Both the position numbers and the translations under genes were made by a program. A DNA stretch of 64,000 nt, taken from contig OZ218961.1 in NCBI GenBank assembly GCA_965112735.1, forward strand, positions 868,001-932,000, in the 5' to 3' direction. Every line of letters starts with the position of its first letter. Positions within the stretch are counted from its first letter, which is position 1. Shown in pieces: positions 22,082 through 34,128 of this stretch. Under the pieces are notes generated by a model. The model was given only the letters and a program-made list of their open reading frames with translations. It ran no database searches and was not told where the DNA came from. This stretch comes from Phaeosaccion multiseriatum (lineage: Eukaryota; Protista; Ochrophyta, other classes).

Positions 22082-23366
22082 TATGGGTGGAGGGCACGGG
22101 AGTATTTTTCTTAAGCAGACCGGTTGGTAGTTCATCGTGAGAAGGTCGGGTTGACGAGCTGCTAGTTCGGAAGGGACAGGAGACAAGGAAGTAGTTCATC
22201 CGAAGTAGACGGATTGGGTATCTCATTGGAAGTAGACAAGAGACTGGAGTGTCCCAACAACGGCCTCCTCGCTGCCCGCGCCCCACCGGGACGGAGAGAA
22301 ACCGGGCAACACTGCTTGTTCTCCTCTGACTCAACCATCTCCACTCCTCCTCCTCCCTGCCAGATGGACCTACGCGCCAACTCGCCCCCATCACCAAATA
22401 CATGGACGAAGAGAGGAGAATTATGGCCTCCACCAAACCCTTCTAACAAGGCGGTGGGAAGTACCGAGCAAACTGGTTCTACGCATTGTTCGGCCATCTG
22501 TGAGGGAGGGCGAAGGGGGGAGGGGGAAGGGGGTGAGGCGGCGTATGTCTGGGGTGGGTGGGTGGCGGGTAGGTGGAGGTGGATGGGGGTGAAGGAGGGA
22601 GAGGGATGGACGGATGAGGCTGAATGCCGGACGGCTGTGACCCAGACACATACACGCATGCGCGCACGTACACACACACACCCACACACACACACACCAC
22701 ATGCGCGCGCGTACACGGTCGGTGTTGCTCTTCTTTCTGTAGCGAGGGCGATAAGCCCATATGCCCGGTATTTAGGAATAGCGACGGGTGGTGAGACAAC
22801 CACATGATAGCGAGGGATGGAACGACCCCGTACTCTATCGGAAGATGCACACAGCCTACCTTTGTCCCCTCAAGTCAATGAGGGGAGTATCAGGACTTCT
22901 TTGGATGAGGGGTGTCAGGACTGAGGTGTACAGAGGAGGAGTGAGGAGGTCGTAGTGGGGGGCCAGGAGAGTGACCAGGAAAGTCGCAGAGGATAGACAC
23001 ATGCAAGTACAGTAACGCCGTATTTTTCTTCTACACACACAAAACGCACGCACGCACGCACGCACGCACGCACACGCACACGCACACGCGCACACGCACG
23101 CACACGCTCGCACGCAGGCGAGCTGTTGAAAAGCTTGTCAATTTTATTTACGACGAAGAATATAAAATCGTAAGATACGGCACCACCCCGGGGAAAAAAA
23201 TTTTGATCCCCCCCCCCCTCGTGGGCTGTCAGCCCGCCAACCACTGCCATCCATTCGAACCATCCTCTGCCATCCATTCGAACCATCCTCTGCCATCCAC
23301 CCACTTATGACATGGACTCAGCCATCTCCTGCAGCATTGTGCTGCGTGCGCCCCTTTGGCCGAGGG

Positions 23367-24959
23367 TCAAGTGACGCCATCCCTCCCTCTTGGTCCTCCT
23401 CTGCCTCCTCTCCCTCTCAAGGGCAGGGTCACACAACTTCGCTCCACAGACAGCACGAACCTCACAATCTCCTTGACCTTGCACTCCTCCAACAGTGAGC
23501 CTGCGTCGTCTATATCTCTGCGGCCCCACTTCACTACATCCGCCACCGAAGCCCCTCCTTCCCGAATGAGTAGCTTCGCGACTTCGAACCGACGGGGCTC
23601 ATCTCCGTATGTCGGGACTGCTGCCTCCCAGAGCGGCGTACAGCATCGAGCCCCGGCATTGGCGTCCGCACCCAACGAGAGAAGTGCCCGCACAACTGGA
23701 GTATGTCCTAAGATGGCGGCGATCGCCACCGGGCTGCGTCCCTGCTCGTCGAGCTTGTCTATTGTCGAAGGGCTTGCTGGTGTCAAAAGCGTCCGCACAC
23801 AGTTCACGTGTCCGTAATGAGCAGCGACGCGAAGTGGCGTAAACCTGCCGGGGTTGACTTCAATATCCACCTTAGCGTTGGCGGCGATCAGCTCCTGGAT
23901 CACCAACGCGTGACCGCTGTGGGCCGCAGCGTACAGCCCAGTCCTACCCACGTCATCTCTGTGCGTCGCATCTGCTCCAGCCCGAAGCAAACGCCTCACC
24001 ACAGACAAGTTCCCACCCTGGCAGGCTGCGGTGAGGAGGCAGCCGCCCTCCAGTGTAAGCAGGTGTACGTTCGCACCGCTTTCAGCAGTACACGCACCAC
24101 GGGCTCAAACCCCAATAAACAGGGATACATGAGCGGTACAAAGCCTTGATGGTCCCAACGGTCGACGTCCGCACCCGCAGAGAACAGCTCTTGGACGGCT
24201 TGATGATGCCCGTTTCCAGCGGCTATGTGCAGGACGGAGAGACGCGGAACGCTCGGCACATTGTTATTGCCCGGCAAATTGAGTTGTGCGCCTGAGGCGA
24301 GCAGAACGCGTAGGACCGCAACGTCGCCTATCGCGGCGGCATGGGAGAGGGCTGTTGAGCCTTTGGGGTCATTGAGGTGCACATTCGCACCAGCTGTGAG
24401 GAGCTGCTGTACGACAACGTGGTTCCCAGTCACGCTGCTGGCACACATTAAAGGAGTCAGGTGTTCGTACGGTTTTGAAGTGTAGGCATCCACCGAGGCC
24501 CCCTCCTGCAACACGAGTGCTACAACGTCCGCCCTTCTTCGGTGCGCGGCCCTTGCGAGGGGTGTCATCCCTAAGGCGTCAACGGGCTCGTCTAGGCAAG
24601 CCCCCGCCCCCCCTCCTTGCCCAGTAGCGCCCGTAATGCCATGTCCACCGCACGCAAGTCTCTGGTCTCGATCACTTCGCCAAGGCGCCTCGCCTGGGAC
24701 CGCATTAGAAGAGGAGAGAGAAGAAGGGAGCGAGCGGGCTTGAGTGAAGAAACACCACGTGGGGCCATGAAAGAGGTGAAGTACTTTCTGGGTGGCTTCT
24801 AAAAAGCCCCACCCGTCCAACCTCCTCTGAACGATCAGATCTTCGTACCTCCTGGCTGAGTTTTCGTGTGGCACCCCTCGGCATCGTGGAGGAGGAGAAG
24901 AGGGGCCGCCGTCTCGCCTCTTCTCTTTCGCGGATGTACTCGTCATAAATTTCATTCAT
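23367..24959 (-). CDS. Ankyrin-repeat protein with two apparent frameshifts (assembly error or pseudogene)
   Basis: Exon 1 24959-24822, then an intron with CTAAT branch point to 24693. About 9 ankyrin repeats (GMTPLARAA, LTPLMCAS, GSTALSHAA, GRTGLYAAA, FTPLRVAA). Frame changes at ~24601-24613 and ~24076. Confidence 0.75.
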
Positions 24960-25357
24960 CTTCTCCTCCCTCCCGTCCCTTTTCCTGTAATAAGCCTCCT
25001 CCCTCCCTCCTTTAAGCTCGCTCTGACCTCCGTTAGACCCACGCCCTGAGGATGGATGAAATGTGAGACGCAGAAAAATACAAACGGCGGATAATGATAC
25101 CTTTCATTGTCGTGTTGGAATCCGCGCAACAGGTTGGCTTGTGTCCGTGCAGAAGAGAGGGGGATTAGAGAGGACTTAAAAACTTGCAGATCCAGCCGCG
25201 GGCTGCGAGACATCCTGCCGACGGATAGGGTCATCACGGCGGCCGGGAAGTGGGTGCCGTTTAAAGGGCAAAGTCCATTCGCCACCACCACCATTACCAC
25301 TAGTCCAGCTCCAGAAAGCTCCCTCCTCCCCACCATCAGCCTCCCATCAGCCCCACG

Positions 25358-26488
25358 ATGCAGGAGGGAAGTGGTGGTACTGGAGTTGGGAGCAGTGCAG
25401 AAGAAGGGACGGCAGCAGCTCGGGACGCCGTAGCCGTCAACGGGTATAGCAGCAAGGAGACGGGAGTCGCGGTCGAGGGCAGCAACGGCCTTGATGGCGA
25501 CCCCCAGACCGGCGGAAAGGGCCTCGTCCCTGCCACAGAGTCGAGGGGGGATGTGCCGTCTTCTCTCCAGCTCTGTCAGCAGCAGGAGGTGGGCTGCTCC
25601 TTGGGAGGGAGCATTGGGCTGATCCCCACCGGTCTCCGAGAGTGCCTTGTACCCATCAAGATTAACATTGAGAGCGACGGTATGCGAGTGCTGGATACAG
25701 TCGAGTGGAACCTGCATGACGACCAGCTCTCCCCAGAGGCGTTTGCTTCGCTCATGGCCTCCGACCTCGACCTTTCGGACGGTATGGAGAGGGCGATCGC
25801 CCTGCAGATTAAGGAGCAATTAGACTGCTTCGAGGCCGCCACGCCGCTGTGGATGCAGGAGGGGGCGAGTATGACTCGTGTGCTGAGAGGGCCGCAAACT
25901 TACAGCAGCAGCAGCAGCAGCACCGAGAGGAAGAGGAAGAGGAGCAGGAGTAGTGAAGGCACTGGTGCTGCCACCACCGTCAATGGAGCAGGAGGGGGAG
26001 GAGAAGAAGAAGGAGAAGACCAAGAGAAGCAGGCAGAGACAGCACCCGTGCTATTGTTGCACGAGGTAGGGGTGGAACTGACGGACCTCCGAGAGCTCAG
26101 GCTTGACATACGATTGGGCGGTATCAGGTACACAGATCGACTGGAGTGGGACATCAACAATCCTCTCAACGACGCTGCCGAGTTCGCCAGGGTAACCGTC
26201 GATGACCTGGCCCTTCCGCAGGAGTTCGAGAACGCCATTTCCTCGTCTATTCACGAGCAATGCGTCAATATTTTGCAAGTAGCGTGCCGGGTGCCGGGCA
26301 AAGTGGTGCTGGCGAAGACTGGTGATGGTGGTGGTGGGGGGGGGGTAGCAGGCCGCAGCTTGGTTGGGGGCGGGGGGCGTGCAGTGAGGAAGCGGCGGAG
26401 GGGGAAGGGTGCAGAGGAGGAGGAGAACGAGGAGGAGGGGGGGGGGCAAGAACGTGAACAGGACGACTCAAGGGAGAAGAGCAACGGC

Positions 26489-26537
<49 letters not shown>

Positions 26538-27766
26538 GCAGCAGCGGCAGGACAAAGATTAAGAATGGGAAGAAGGTACAGAGCAACGAAGGAGATGGGG
26601 CAGGGGCTAATGCTTACAACTCTGGCGGCACGGACAAAAGCAACATCATAAGAACGAAGGGAGAAGCCAAGGAGTGGAGCCACAGTGTGCGCCTGGTGGG
26701 TCCCATGGAGCAAATGGATTTCCGGTCCGAGGTGTACAAGTACTATCGCCCGTCTTCGCACCCCTCCCACGCCGTCCTCCGTCTACAGGAAGACCTCTCT
26801 CATCGAGGGGAAGGAGGAGGCATGCCCCACGGGGGCTCTTCTTCGGATTCGAGCTTTCGCCTCTCTGGAGGAGGCACCAACCGCTCTGACATTCTGGAAA
26901 GAATGGCCCATTTGCATTACGTAAGGGGCCCCCCTCCCTTTGGTGAAGGGGATCCACAGGAGCAGCTGCAGCAGCAGGAGCAGGGGCAGAAAACCAGCGC
27001 TGCAGGGGGCGGCGGCGGTGACGGCGGCGGTGGAGGGTCGGGATCGTCATCGTCAGGCGGACACAGGAGTGGCGGGGGTGGGGGTGAGGGGCCTGACGGG
27101 GGGCGTAGAGGAAGTCACCACAGTCATAACAGTCATAACAGCAGCAGCAGCTCTTTGACATCTGCAGCAGGGGCGGGTCGACAGGGGACAGTGCAGGGGC
27201 AGGGGCAGGCTATGCCAGCAGAAGAATGGGGCGGGGAGGGGGGCACCGGGGCTGGGGAGGGGAGCAATGGCGTGATGGAAGACCAGGAAGCAGCAGCAGT
27301 TAGTAGTACAGCAGCCGGAAGGAGAGCAGCTGCGGCAGTCACCTCCTCCTCCCCCTCTTCATCATCTGCCACTGCCCCGACCACCGCCTCCGCCTCGTCC
27401 CCTTCCTCCGCTTCTTCCAAGTCGAGAAGCGACAACAACAAGAGAGGCACGCCCCCTTTGCCGCCCTCGCAGCAGGCAGAGGGGGGCTTACTTCAGGGGG
27501 CGCCGCATCAGCAGGTGCAGCAGCAGGGAGGAGGAGGTGGAGGAGGAGGAGGAGGAGGAGGAGGAGGAGAAGGAGGAGGAGGAGGAGGAGGAGGAGGAGG
27601 AGGAGGAGGAGGAGGAGGAGGTGGCGGTGGGGGGGGGGGGGGGGGGCGGGGACGGGGGCTTCTTGCAGCAAGCAGTGGCGCAGCAGCAGCACCATCAGCA
27701 GCAGGATGTGCACGCGCAGCAGCGACAACAACAACAACAGCAGCACCAGCAACAGATTCAGTGGCA

Positions 27767-27811
<45 letters not shown>

Positions 27812-29518
27812 ACAGAAGCTCCATCAGTATCAGCAGCAGCGAGCCCAGCAGTTTCAGCAGCACCCCGCTCCGCCGGCCCAGCAGCAGCAGCAGCCGCAGC
27901 AGCTACACCCGTCGCCCTCCCATCCCCAGCCTCCCCCTCCTCAGCAGCAGCAGCAGCAGCAGCAGCAGATGGCACCCTCTGAGGCGATGCTGGCTCAACA
28001 GGAGAAGGAAAGGCAGCAGAAGAAAGCACTGAAGAAGATGAAGAGACAGCAGCTCGCACAGAGGAAGAAGGCGGAGCAGCAGCAGGCGATGCTCGTGCAG
28101 CAAGAGCATGAGCGACTCCAGCACCAGCAGCAGCAGAAGCAGCAACAACAACAACAGCAGCAGCAGCAGCAGCAGCAGCATGAACTTGCCCTCTACCAAC
28201 AGGCACAGCAGGCGCAGTTGCTCTCTCCCTCATGGATGGGTGATTACAGGTAAAGTGGCAGTCCGAGTCAGCAGGGAAGGGACAGAGAGGGGGGTTGAAA
28301 GGAGCAGGAAGGAGTGGACGTCTTCTTTTGACCCCATGCATTCCAGTTCGATCGATCCATTCCTTCGATGATTGTGTTGCTTTCTTTGTTGCTGTTGTGC
28401 CTTCTAGACAGCCCCCTCTATCCTGGCACCTTCGCCGCTGCTGCCGTCCTTTGGAAGCTTTTGACTTCATTTGGCCTTCTCGCAAGTGCTGACTCTCTCC
28501 CCGCACCACCATCGGTGTATTCTCCTCCTCTTCTCCCCTCCCATCTCCTCTCCTCTCCTCTTCTCCCCTCCCTTGTCTTCTCCTCTTCTCTCCTGTCCCA
28601 TTCCTCTCCCCTCCTCCACTCGCCTCCTCTCCTTGCCTCCCCTTCCTCTTCATCAGCCATACACAGCAAGGACAGGGCCAGCAGACACCACCGCCTCACC
28701 CCCAGCAGCAGCAAATGCTCCAACTGCAGCAGCAGCATATGGGCCAACAACAACAACAGCAACAGTTGGTGCTACAGCAGCAGCAACAGCAACAGCAACA
28801 ACAACAGCAACAGCAGCAGCAACAACCGCAACAACAACGGCAGCAGCAGCAGCAGCAGCAGCAACCGCAGTACCACCATCCCCACCAGCAGCAGCACCAG
28901 GGACAGGGACAGGGACAGGGACAAGGACAACACGTGTCTATGCTTCAAATGCGTCAGCACCAGCACCAGGAGCAGTACCATGAGCGGCAGCTCCACCACC
29001 TCATGCTGCTTCAGGACGATCAACCTCAGGACCAACAGCAGGGGCAGGGGCAGGGGCAGCATGCACCGTCCACCGCCGCCCCACCGCCGCCACAGCCGGG
29101 GTCGCAGGGCTCACACCAGCAGATTCTGCCAACACACCAGCAGCTACAGCTACGACAGATGCAGCAGCAGCAGCAGCAACACCAGCAGCAACAGGCTCAG
29201 CAGCAGCATGGACAGGGGCAGGGGCAGGGGCCGATTCAGCAGCAGCAGTTGGTGATACAGCAGCAGGATGGCGCAGCACAGTCGTCTCCAAGAGCAGGTG
29301 GGGGCGAAGGAGGAGGAGGAGGAGGAGGAGGAGGAGGAGGAGGAGGAGGAGGAGGAGGAGAAGGAGGAGGAGAAGGAGGAGGAGGAGGAGGAGGAGGAGG
29401 AGGAGGAGGAGGAGGAGGAGGAGGGGCAGATGGGAATACGAATGGGAGGGTGGGCATGGGACGACAGCAGCAGCAGCCACCCTTGGATCCGTCGAACGGG
29501 ACGGGTCAGGATGCCTAA
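25358..29518 (+). CDS. SNF5: SNF5/SMARCB1/SFH1-family chromatin remodelling subunit with long Q/G-rich tail
   Basis: Two SNF5 repeats: LVPIKINIE..LDTVEWNLHD..SPEAFA..ASDLDL..IALQIKEQL and LRLDIRLG..YTDRLEWDINN..AEFARVTVDDLALPQEFENAISSSIHEQ. One frameshift at G18 (27629-27646). Intron ~28250-28657. Confidence 0.85.
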
Positions 29519-29520
29519 GG

Positions 29521-29573
29521 ACATGAAGCAGTGGGTACACGCCAATGGACACCCCTGCGACTGCCAGGACTGA
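29521..29573 (+). pseudogene. 3' remnant of the F-box-like/ankyrin-like family
   Basis: Encodes MKQWVHANGHPCDCQD*, nearly identical to the C-termini at 47129 and 54305. Downstream sequence resembles 54306-54400. Confidence 0.8.
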
Positions 29574-29998
29574 GAGGAGAAAAGCTGGCAAAGAGAGAGA
29601 GAGAGAGAGAGGGAGAGAGAGCTGGGGCAGATGGCAAAGAGTGCGACAGTGCGACAGCAGGTTACTAGTACGGTGGTAGGGGGTATGTAGTTGAGCGCAT
29701 GGTTTGCATGGTTCAGAGGTCATTATTCTCTCCGCCACAGCGCGCTAAATAGCAGTCAGAAGGCATGAGCGGGAGACAGGGCCAGAGTGGAGATGGCAGC
29801 AGCAGAGGAGAGAAGTGGGGAGAAGCAGGAACGGAGGAGCAGAGAGAGAGAGGGGGGGGGGGACAGGATGGCGAAAGCAGCAAGCAAAGTATTGATAAGC
29901 TGATAATTATATTTATACACCACACATTCTTTCAGAGAGGGGGGATGATTTATGTCAAGGCCACTTCTGGCTTATACCATCCGCTCGCTCTCTGTTTC

Positions 29999-31013
29999 TC
30001 AGTCCTGGCAGTTGCAGGGGCAGCCATTGGCGTGCACCCACTGCTTCCATCTCCTCAAATGCTGTGGCCTCGATATGCCATTCTTCCTCCCCATACCATT
30101 CTCCGTACTCTCTGTCCCTGATGACCTGCGGGCACGACTTTTCGTCCCACTCGCACCACACTTGCGCTAATCGGAGGCATTTCAGCGCGGCAAGGCTCTT
30201 ACCGAGCGCGAGTGCGAAGAAACACACCTCAGCATTCCAATTGCAGAGGTGGCGAGCATTGGTGTGGAGGAACTGCAGCACCTCGAGATGGCCCCCTCCA
30301 GCTGCAAACCAAGCCCCACTACGCCACGCGATGTGTTCATTCTCTTCCAGCAAGGCCCTTGTGGGAGGATCCTCGAGGAGCCACTTCACGACGGGGATAT
30401 GCCCAGCTCCACATGCTTCGGCCCAAGACGGGCCAAGATCAGCATGACCTTCTTCCGACACCAGCCACTTGAGCATGTCCAAATGTCCCTCCTTTGCAGC
30501 CCAGACACACACGGGGCGGCGGGTACCGTACCATGGGCACTGCTCCTTATCGGGAAGGTCCTCCGAGCGCAGCCACTTCAGTACTGTCAGACCATGCTTT
30601 CTGTTCTTCGCTGTCGCCTCACACACCCTTCGATCCCAGGCACAGTCCTTGCCATGGAGGGCCTTGCATACCTCGACATCTCCGTAGCCTCACACACCCT
30701 TCGATCCCAGGGACAGTCCTTGCCATGGAGGGCCTTCCATACCTCGACATCTCCGTACCGGGCAGCGGCCTTGAATAGCTTGGCACTTAGCTCCAGCCCC
30801 TGCGAACTTCATGTCGCCCAGCCAGTTCACGCACTGCAAAGAGCTGACCACAGATGAATAGCCTGTCTTCCCTGGTGGATACGAAGCAGCGTAGTTGGCC
30901 TTCCACTCCTTGCACACACCAGCCACGAAAAAGAAGTGCCCCTTTCCCACGGAGGAGAGAAGTCGAGCTGTATCCCCCCTCAGACTGCATGGCGCGAAAC
31001 CATCTGTGACCAT
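29999..31013 (-). pseudogene. Pseudogene of the F-box-like/ankyrin-like repeat family
   Basis: Homologous to 47129-48169 and 53304-54305. Frameshift at ~30800, a 71-bp tandem duplication (30616-30686/30687-30757) and a 1-nt insertion at ~30047. Confidence 0.85.
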
Positions 31014-31470
31014 GGTTTCTGGCTGCAGTACTGTAGTACTTCGCTCGAGGGCACAGCAGCACGCAAGGGATTTTGCTGAGACAGAGGAGAGAAGAAGGGA
31101 AACTGTAAGGGGCCGACTCTCTTTCTAGTGCTGCGGGTACGTACTTAACTCCCGAGACGGACGGTGGGGATAATTTGTCTTCTGTGAGAATGGAGGAGAA
31201 AGGCAACAACACCAACACAGAACTTGCTGCTTTTCCGGCCTCACTCCTGCTTCCCCGCCCCCACGCCCGCTCACCCGGCCCCTCCCTTCACCTACTCCGC
31301 TTTTCTCATTGTGCGTGCCGCTGCTGCTGCTCCCCTTACGCAGAAACTCAAAAGGATCGACTCATTCATACATCAGCCTGCTTGCTGCCTTTGGCTTTCC
31401 TTGCTGTGTCTGAGTGGGGCTTGGCTGGGAGCAGCAAAGCAGCAAGGCAGCAAAGAGAAAGAAGGAAGGG

Positions 31471-32880
31471 ATGAGCCAGGTCCGGGGAATGACAGTAGCC
31501 TCCACCGAAGCGCGCGGGCCTTCCGCCGATGCCGTGGCGTCCAAGGCTTCCGAGCCACCGGCTGCAGCACCCGCAGACTGGGATGGGGTGGAGGTACTGA
31601 GTGTGTTGGCTGCGAATGTGGGCTCCTTCCGCAGTCTGTGGGGCCTGTGTAGTGAGGTGGATGCAGTAGCCGGCAGGCGAGTTGCCCTGCACGGGACCAT
31701 GTCTAAGGCTGTTCAGGGCAGAATCCTGGACATGCTCGAGCACCAACAGCGATTGGATTTGAAAGGAAGGACCTTTTCTGCTGCTATTGGGAAGTGGCAG
31801 ACCACCCAGGGCTACCAGGGGGAGAAGGGTGGTGATAATGATGATCAAGTTCGTGGCAGGCGTTGCTTCTCCATCGCGGCGGTGACGCTGGGGCTCACCA
31901 CCTCTTTGTATCCCGGGGCCTCTGACGGGACGAGGATGGCGGACATTGCCCGTGTGCAGGCAGGGCTGACAATGCTTCCTCCTTCGCTCAAGCATCTTCG
32001 CTTCGGGGACTACTTTACGGCTCCTGAGTTACGCCTCTTGGACTTGTTTCCACTACTGGAGAGTTTGCATTTCGGGGACGCTTTCGATGGAGAGGTTCAG
32101 CTGCCGCACGGCTTGGCGGAGCTGAGCTTTTCGCACCTCTCCGCATTCAATCGGCAAGTGACCCTTCCTCCATCGCTGCGCAAGATTACTTTTGGGTGGC
32201 ACTTTAATCAGGCTGGCTTGATTCTACCCGAGGGTCTGGAGGAAGTGGTCTTTGGCCCTCTGTTTGATCGGCAAGTGGCACTTCCCTCGTCGCTTCGGAA
32301 GATTACCTTTGGAGAAGACTACGATCAGCGGGACGTGCTTTTGCCCAACTGTCTAGAAGAGGTTTGCTTTGGGGACGCTTTCAATGAGCCCATAGTCCTT
32401 CCCTCATCGCTGAGAAAGATTTTGTTTGGTTATCACTTTAATCAGCGCTTGACTCTGCCCGGCTCCATAGAAGAGGTGGATATGGGCCCCAGGTTTGAGC
32501 ACCCTTTGGTCCTTCCCTCCTCACTCCGCAAGTTGCGTTTTTGTGAATCGTCTTGGTTCAATCAGCCATTGACCCTTTTTCCTGCCTCTCTTCGGACTCT
32601 GGAGCTGGGCATGTGTTACAAGCAGCCCTTATCGGATCTGCCTGATGGGCTGGAGGAGCTCAAGTTTAGCGAGCCCTCGTTGTTCAATCATCCACTCACC
32701 CTTCCTGCCTCTCTTCGGATTCTGAGGCTGGGGAGGAAGTACACACAGCCCCTCTCGACTCTGCCCCCCGGTCTGGAGCTGCTCGTCGTTTCAGAGAACT
32801 TCGACCTCCCTGAGGACCTGCCCGAGGGTGTTGAGGTCAAACGATTGAAGGCCCTGCACTGCCACGGCATAATCTTTTAG
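31471..32880 (+). CDS. Intronless FNIP-repeat protein with putative F-box-like N-terminus
   Basis: About 13 x 21-aa repeats LPSSLRKITFGxxFNQPL, typical of FNIP. Confidence 0.85.
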   Translation: MSQVRGMTVASTEARGPSADAVASKASEPPAAAPADWDGVEVLSVLAANVGSFRSLWGLCSEVDAVAGRRVALHGTMSKAVQGRILDMLEHQQRLDLKGRTFSAAIGKWQTTQGYQGEKGGDNDDQVRGRRCFSIAAVTLGLTTSLYPGASDGTRMADIARVQAGLTMLPPSLKHLRFGDYFTAPELRLLDLFPLLESLHFGDAFDGEVQLPHGLAELSFSHLSAFNRQVTLPPSLRKITFGWHFNQAGLILPEGLEEVVFGPLFDRQVALPSSLRKITFGEDYDQRDVLLPNCLEEVCFGDAFNEPIVLPSSLRKILFGYHFNQRLTLPGSIEEVDMGPRFEHPLVLPSSLRKLRFCESSWFNQPLTLFPASLRTLELGMCYKQPLSDLPDGLEELKFSEPSLFNHPLTLPASLRILRLGRKYTQPLSTLPPGLELLVVSENFDLPEDLPEGVEVKRLKALHCHGIIF

Positions 32881-33333
32881 TTTTCTGGCTGCTCGACAAC
32901 GCTGATTTTACTCGTCTTGCGTGGCATCTCTTTGTGATGAAGGAGGAGGAGGAGCCCAAAAAAAAAGAAAAGAAAGTAGGTTGATCGAGATCCGATGAGG
33001 TTCAGAAGACCCAAATTTTCCCAACCCTGTTACGTGTTCGAGTGGTCTAAGAAGCTCGACTCAAGTTCGAGTATACAATGTATGCGAGAGTTCAAATCTC
33101 TCCGTTTGCAATTTTTTCTCTTTTTCTCTTTTTTTTTTTTTTTTTTTTCACTCCTCCTGGCTCCTCCATTTCCCCTCTCTCCACACACACACACACACAC
33201 ACACACACTCATTCTCTCTCTCTCACTGTGTGCGTGTGCAGCGTGCGTGACCGAGTGCTTGGGGGTTCCTGCTAAGCAGAGAGGTCCGATGGCAGTGGAT
33301 GGCCTCAGAGAAGGGGGTTCTGGCGTATGGGAA

Positions 33334-33862
33334 GATTTGTGTGTGATTTATGTGTGATTTTGTGTGATTTCATGTGATTATATGTGTGATTTTGTGTGAT
33401 ATTGTGTGTGATTTTATGTGATTATATGTGTGATTTTGTGTGATTGTGTGTGATTTTGTGTGATTTTGTGTGATTTCATGTGATTTTGTGTGATTTTGTG
33501 TGATTTTATGTGATTATATGTGTGATTTTGTGTGATTGTGTGTGATTTTGTGTGATTTTGTGTGATTTTGTGTGATTTATGTGTGATTATGTGTGATTTT
33601 GTGTGATTATGTGTGATTTTGTGTGATTTCATGTGATTATATGTGTGATTTTGTGTGATTTTGTGTGATTTTGTGTGATACTGTGAGTGATTTTATGTGA
33701 TTATATGTGTGATTTTGTGTGATTTTGTGTGATTTTATGTGATTATATGTGTGATTTTGTGTGATTGTGTGATATTTTGTGTGATTTTGTGTGATTTCAT
33801 GTGTGATTATATGTGTGATTTTGTGTGATACTGTGTGTGATTTTATGTGTGATTTTGTGTGA
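33334..33862. repeat. About 530-bp minisatellite, consensus TGTGATTTTG (~10-bp unit)
   Basis: About 50 variant units, almost C-free on the + strand. Confidence 0.92.
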
Positions 33863-34128
33863 ATGAATGCAATTTATTCAGAATTTATTAGAACAAAGAA
33901 ACACCCCTCAGCCCCAGTGATCGCCTCTCGACAAAAGGATGAGTCGGTGGAGCTGCGGCTAGGCTCTTGCTCTGGCTAAGCACCTCGCTGGCCAGTCTCG
34001 CCGCTCCTTCTCCTTGAGTCTAGTAAACTCTCCCCCCCCCCCCTCCTTAACATATCTGTCCTACCATAAACATCCATCTCTAACCCAGTCTAGCTGCTCT
34101 TGCCTGCTGGACACACACACAAGCCTCC

